From positions 1 to 30,097 of the IMG/VR virus record IMGVR_UViG_3300050150_000011: a DNA stretch of 30,097 bases, one strand, 5' to 3'. The notes under the pieces are model-generated. The model did not search any database, had not been told where the DNA came from, and was given only the letters and a program-made list of their open reading frames with translations. This DNA comes from a virus. Taxonomy: Duplodnaviria; Caudoviricetes. Every line of letters starts with the position of its first letter. Position 1 is the stretch's first letter. This document shows, one piece after another, positions 26,179 to 30,097 of this stretch. Both the position numbers and the translations under genes were made by a program.

Positions 26179-28356
26179 ATGTCATTTACACTTTCAAAAA
26201 CAGCATCATACATCGATAGTCTTATAGGCCTTCGTAATGTGTTCATCGGAGATAAGACAGGAACAACTGATGTTTCTGCAGCATTAACAGCAGCTATCCA
26301 AGCATCTGGTAAAAATACCTTATTCATTCCTGATGGCGCCTATCGTTTAAGCGCGTCTGTGAATGCAGATTCTAGCTGGAATGTTGTATGTGATAAAAAC
26401 GTTAAGTTTCTTTGCGATGTTAACGTTAAGCCTATTTCCACAGATTACCAAAGTACTTATGTTACAACAGGTGCTACGCAAGTCGCTGTTACATCTATTA
26501 CAAAAGAGTTAGCAGCAGACTTCGGGTCTGCTCCCGACTTTGTCAACGATGGTACAAGTGACTATGTTCACGTTTTAAACGTTGCTAGCAGTGCAGCATT
26601 TGCTGTTGAGGACATCGTTGTAGTATCTTCGTCGGATATTCACCCAGCAGGTGGATCTAGACGTATGGGTGAAGCTATTAAAGTTCGTTGGGTATCTACT
26701 GGAAAAATCTTCTTGTCTGGATTGTTGGCACAAGACGTTTCTTACTACACTACAAACGTTACGGCGGCAAAATATAAAAGAGATAGAACTTTCAGATGGA
26801 CTGGTGGAACATTCTCTCGCAATGGTGATTGGAAAGATACTACTATCGACCTGACATTGGGAGAACACGCTCATTCTATGATTGTTAGAAACTTCTGTGA
26901 ACCTATTATTGAAGATGTTATATTCGACGGAGTATTTGAAGGTGGGTTAGAATTATTTAATTGCCCTTTAGCTAAAGTTCGAAACATTAAAGCTTTACGT
27001 CTTCCTAACACGAACACGTCTTCTGTTTCTTGGAATGGTTTGCTTGGTTATGGGGTTCAGGTATACGGTCACTGTTACGGCTCTCATATTGATGGTGTAT
27101 ATGCATCTGAGGGTCGTCACGCAGTTACGACGGACGGTAACGGTGATAGTACATATACAGACGGTGAATGGTATCGTAGAGGGCAGCCTACACACGTGTC
27201 GTGTACAAATATCAAATCTGTTGGAGCTTATGGTGTTCCTATTGATACTCACGAAGAAGGTTCTTATATTAGTTTCACCAATATTGAAGTTATAGAACCT
27301 ATGCAAGGACCTTTCTGGGGTTCTTATAATGGTTTTGGTTTACAAATTAGAGCCTCTAACGTCTCTGTAAAAGGATACCATCAAGTAGGTGGATATGGCG
27401 GGTTAAGGTATGCTAATAGTGCTAAGTTGATAAACTCTATAACATTATTTGAAAATATTGAAGTTAGAAATCTAAGAGATTCTCCTGCTGGGTCATCTGC
27501 AATTATTGTAGATAATATTTCTGGGACGACCGCTGCAAATAGAGGTAAAATAGTTATATCAGGATTGCTTACAGACAACGTTCCTATTCCTATTCAACTG
27601 AGTGGTGGAGCTGACGTAGTAGCATCAGGTCTTAAAATGTTTGATATTGGTCAGTATGGAATTCAATCATCTACTGCAGCAAACTCTTTTATCGCAACAG
27701 ACTGTTTCTTTGACTTTACAGGAAATCCTTTTGCAAAAACTTCACAAACTCCGGGTAGATTGACGACAACTGGTGATTTTATGCACTTAGGCAATGTTAC
27801 TATTGTTATGGGAGCAACTACTGCGGCACCTCCTAGAGTATTCTTTACTAACACTGCTGTCGCTACACAACAATGTGGATATAGTAAACTTACATTAATT
27901 GATAAAAGTGGTGTAGGAAAACTTGAAGCTGTTACAGCTGCTCAAGCCTCAAATATGCCTTGGATCGGTTCTGCTGATGTTATTGAGATTCCTCTGGTAG
28001 ATTCTGCAACAACCCTAACAACTGGTACAACAGCTGAATATATATTCCCGTCAAGATTCCAAATATTGGATTTTATGGCAAGCAATAAAACAGCGTCATC
28101 GTCAGGGAATCCTACTTTTGACATTCTCAAGAATGGTTCAACTATGATGGGGACTAATAAACTATCTATTGATGCTACTGAGAAATCTTCATTGACTGCA
28201 GCAACACCTTATTCTGCTCATGTTACAGGATCAAGCTCAACAGCAGCTACAGCAATGTCTATGATGGCAAGAGGGGATGCGTTGACAGTAACATGTTCAG
28301 TTGCTGGAACGGGTACAGTAGGAGCTACAATCTTCGTAAGAGGATTCTGGTGCTAG
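26179..28356 (+). CDS. Pectin-lyase-like beta-helix spike / putative polysaccharide depolymerase
   Basis: GDKTGTTDVSAALTAAI......TLFIPDGAYRLS beta-helix cap, then GYGV, GRHAVT and IDTHEEG motifs; AGGAG SD at 26165-26169. Confidence 0.78.
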   Translation: MSFTLSKTASYIDSLIGLRNVFIGDKTGTTDVSAALTAAIQASGKNTLFIPDGAYRLSASVNADSSWNVVCDKNVKFLCDVNVKPISTDYQSTYVTTGATQVAVTSITKELAADFGSAPDFVNDGTSDYVHVLNVASSAAFAVEDIVVVSSSDIHPAGGSRRMGEAIKVRWVSTGKIFLSGLLAQDVSYYTTNVTAAKYKRDRTFRWTGGTFSRNGDWKDTTIDLTLGEHAHSMIVRNFCEPIIEDVIFDGVFEGGLELFNCPLAKVRNIKALRLPNTNTSSVSWNGLLGYGVQVYGHCYGSHIDGVYASEGRHAVTTDGNGDSTYTDGEWYRRGQPTHVSCTNIKSVGAYGVPIDTHEEGSYISFTNIEVIEPMQGPFWGSYNGFGLQIRASNVSVKGYHQVGGYGGLRYANSAKLINSITLFENIEVRNLRDSPAGSSAIIVDNISGTTAANRGKIVISGLLTDNVPIPIQLSGGADVVASGLKMFDIGQYGIQSSTAANSFIATDCFFDFTGNPFAKTSQTPGRLTTTGDFMHLGNVTIVMGATTAAPPRVFFTNTAVATQQCGYSKLTLIDKSGVGKLEAVTAAQASNMPWIGSADVIEIPLVDSATTLTTGTTAEYIFPSRFQILDFMASNKTASSSGNPTFDILKNGSTMMGTNKLSIDATEKSSLTAATPYSAHVTGSSSTAATAMSMMARGDALTVTCSVAGTGTVGATIFVRGFWC

Positions 28357-28380
28357 ACTGAAAATAATATAACGGATACT

Positions 28381-28406
28381 AAAACTGGGAATTAATTCCC
28401 AGTTTT
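28381..28406. terminator. Bidirectional intrinsic terminator (perfect 26-bp palindrome)
   Basis: AAAACTGGGAATTAATTCCCAGTTTT between the convergent spike and phoH genes; T-tract on both strands. Confidence 0.8.
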
Positions 28407-29147
28407 TTCTTTAGCTATAATATAATTCTTTACAAACCCTGATCTGACTATATCCTCTATACCGAACTCTATAATTTCAAAATCATCCATATTGACAATA
28501 ATTTGATATAGCTTATCAAACCCAGAAACATCGTTTTTGTGTTTATTCAGATCATTTTGTTTAATGTCCCCACAGAGTATTAATCTAGAATTTTTTCCTA
28601 TTCTAGTCATAATAGTATCCAATTCCTGCCAAGAAAAATTCTGAATTTCATCCACAATAACTATACAATTATTAAACGTTGTTCCTCTTAAGAATGATGA
28701 TGTATTAAAGTTTACAATATCAAGTTTCTTTAAAGATTCATATGAGTTTGAAAATTTAAACAGTTCATTGCAAATAGAAATATAAGGAGCTTCGTACACT
28801 GCTGATTTCTCTTCTTCTGTCCCTGGGAGATATCCAATTTCTCTAGACGCCACGCAAGATCTTATAATAACTATATGATCATACTCTCCACTAGACAGAT
28901 ACTCGTTTAAAGCTAAAAATAGAGCAGAAAACGTTTTACCGGTTCCTGCTGTTCCTAATAATGCTAGATGTTTATCTTTGTAATTTCTAAATGTATCAAA
29001 TAATATTTTTTGATTATGTGTTAGTGGTTGATATTGTATAAGATCTTTGTGATGAAATTTCTTTCTTTGTTGAGGAGGTTCTTTGGTGTCAATAATATTA
29101 AGAGGAATGTCAAGTTGTTTGTGTTTAGACTTCGACTTTTTAGCCAA
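28392..29147 (-). CDS. phoH: PhoH-family ATPase (TTG start)
   Basis: PLTHNQ, Walker A GTAGTGKT, IGYLPG, FLRGTTF, IVDEIQN, TRIG..SRLILCGDIKQND, DIVRSG; AAGGAG SD. Confidence 0.95.
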   Translation of the reverse strand: MAKKSKSKHKQLDIPLNIIDTKEPPQQRKKFHHKDLIQYQPLTHNQKILFDTFRNYKDKHLALLGTAGTGKTFSALFLALNEYLSSGEYDHIVIIRSCVASREIGYLPGTEEEKSAVYEAPYISICNELFKFSNSYESLKKLDIVNFNTSSFLRGTTFNNCIVIVDEIQNFSWQELDTIMTRIGKNSRLILCGDIKQNDLNKHKNDVSGFDKLYQIIVNMDDFEIIEFGIEDIVRSGFVKNYIIAKEKTGN

Positions 29148-29174
29148 TATATTGTCTCCTTTTAGAGGAAAGAG

Positions 29175-29435
29175 TTAAGAAAACTCAATAACAGGATACA
29201 CCTTTTCTCTTTCCTTGTCAGACAAAGGTTTTGTAGCAGCAGCAAAAGCTACTCTATAAAATCTGTTCCAATCAAGGAATCGTTTATGAGGGGATGATCT
29301 GAATTGAGATCTCAGTTGATGAGCTTTTTCTACACCATTGCAAAGATCCAACAAAGTATCTCTGAATGTACAATCAATTAAAGTTTGCACATCCTTAGGT
29401 CTAGAAACGTTATGAAAGTGTACTGACATCTTCAT
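29175..29435 (-). CDS. Hypothetical protein
   Basis: 86-aa ORF packed co-directionally between neighbours; no recognised motif. Confidence 0.6.
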   Translation of the reverse strand: MKMSVHFHNVSRPKDVQTLIDCTFRDTLLDLCNGVEKAHQLRSQFRSSPHKRFLDWNRFYRVAFAAATKPLSDKEREKVYPVIEFS

Positions 29436-29443
29436 AATAATAT

Positions 29444-29725
29444 TTATACTTTCTTATCTTTTTTTATTTTATATCGCTTAAAATCTTCAACCATACTCAT
29501 AAATTTTGCGATAAACTTTTCTTCTATGCAGGATGAACACCAATTAGTAAATGTCCCGTAATAATAAAGACTGCTTACATGATGACAATTGCTGCATGTC
29601 CCTAGTCCTGTAGGATTATATCTTTTTTTATTTTCTTCTCGAGCCAAAGAGTCAAATATTCTACCAGGACCTTCCGAGCTATAGTATGACGATCCTACAT
29701 TATCATCGTAATCTCTATCAGTCAT
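29444..29725 (-). CDS. Hypothetical protein with putative zinc finger
   Basis: 93 aa with CSNC...CSSC (two CxxC); start overlaps the upstream gene; AAGG SD. Confidence 0.65.
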   Translation of the reverse strand: MTDRDYDDNVGSSYYSSEGPGRIFDSLAREENKKRYNPTGLGTCSNCHHVSSLYYYGTFTNWCSSCIEEKFIAKFMSMVEDFKRYKIKKDKKV

Positions 29726-30097
29726 TTTGCTTAACCTTTTCGTATATTTCTTCTAGTGATATTGGGGTATAGTTAATCTGCTCCAGAGATACACAAACAT
29801 ATCTCTTGTCTAGAGTACCATCGGAAAGTTTTATGGTTTCTTGGTGGAGATGGCCATGTATGTTGAATTTAAAACGTTCCTCTAACTGACTAGGATGTAC
29901 AGGAATATGAGATACAATAGCAGCAGCATCTCGTCCGTTCTTTTGTCCTATAGTAGAATATCCATAAATCTTTTCGAAATATTGGTGATATATTTTGATC
30001 CTCTCAGGAGTATCATGATTACCAACAACGAGTCTTTTCTTGCCGTTGAATCTTTTAAGGATATCATAGTCTTCTTGTTTGGATGTAGATAAGCAGA
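29718..30097 (-). CDS. Calcineurin-like metallophosphoesterase, C-terminal part (5' end outside the window)
   Basis: Manual translation: ...LKRFNGKKRLVVGNHD...SHIPVHPSQL...FNIHGHLH...YVCVSLEQINYTPISLEEI...*, showing the GNHD, SHxP and GHxH motifs. Not in the ORF track. Confidence 0.9.
   Translation of the reverse strand, partial: CLSTSKQEDYDILKRFNGKKRLVVGNHDTPERIKIYHQYFEKIYGYSTIGQKNGRDAAAIVSHIPVHPSQLEERFKFNIHGHLHQETIKLSDGTLDKRYVCVSLEQINYTPISLEEIYEKVKQND

Noticed and set aside
26165-26181. Possible frameshift or sequencing error fusing the 40-aa ORF to the spike
   Set aside because: The spike has its own AGGAG SD correctly spaced from the ATG, which favours separate genes; fusion is not fully excluded without reads.
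26575-28130. Short alternative-frame and antisense ORFs inside the spike gene
   Set aside because: No motifs or independent support; fully nested in the 725-aa CDS.
29155-29171. Small stem pairing the phoH SD (UUUCCU-CUAAA-AGGAGA)
   Set aside because: Only about 6 bp including a G-U pair; too weak to call regulatory.
29895-30092. Plus-strand 65-aa ORF
   Set aside because: The opposite strand encodes a metallophosphoesterase with GNHD and GHxH motifs.
1-30097. Stop-codon reassignment and tRNA genes
   Set aside because: Conserved genes are intact and end at TAA, TAG and TGA; intergenic gaps are short and AT-rich with no cloverleaf seen by eye.

Overview
AT-rich segment of a T4-like (myovirus) phage genome, standard genetic code. 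Bases 1-23069 are a minus-strand late virion operon in T4-superfamily order: gp25, gp6, gp7, gp8, a 1.8-kaa DUF4815/VrlC-like protein, a run of small adaptor and fibre-like genes, then gp13, gp14, gp15, gp16, gp17 and the start of tail sheath gp18. No recognisable gp9/gp10/gp11/gp12/wac is present, as in marine and alphaproteobacterial T4-like phages. Exact gp55-type late promoters (TATAAATA) precede several units. The right-hand 7 kb holds three hypothetical genes, a GH108 endolysin, PhoH, a partial metallophosphoesterase and a plus-strand late unit. That unit is the most interesting feature: an RcGTA Rcc01079-like head-spike base protein, an unlisted 40-aa microprotein starting MLWVGIGLGF, and a 725-aa pectin-lyase-like spike, together suggesting a three-part capsid-mounted polysaccharide-binding spike. 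A 14-bp hairpin that holds both a late promoter and the downstream Shine-Dalgarno sequence, and a perfect 26-bp palindromic terminator, are also visible. All family assignments come from motif recognition and gene order; no database search was run.
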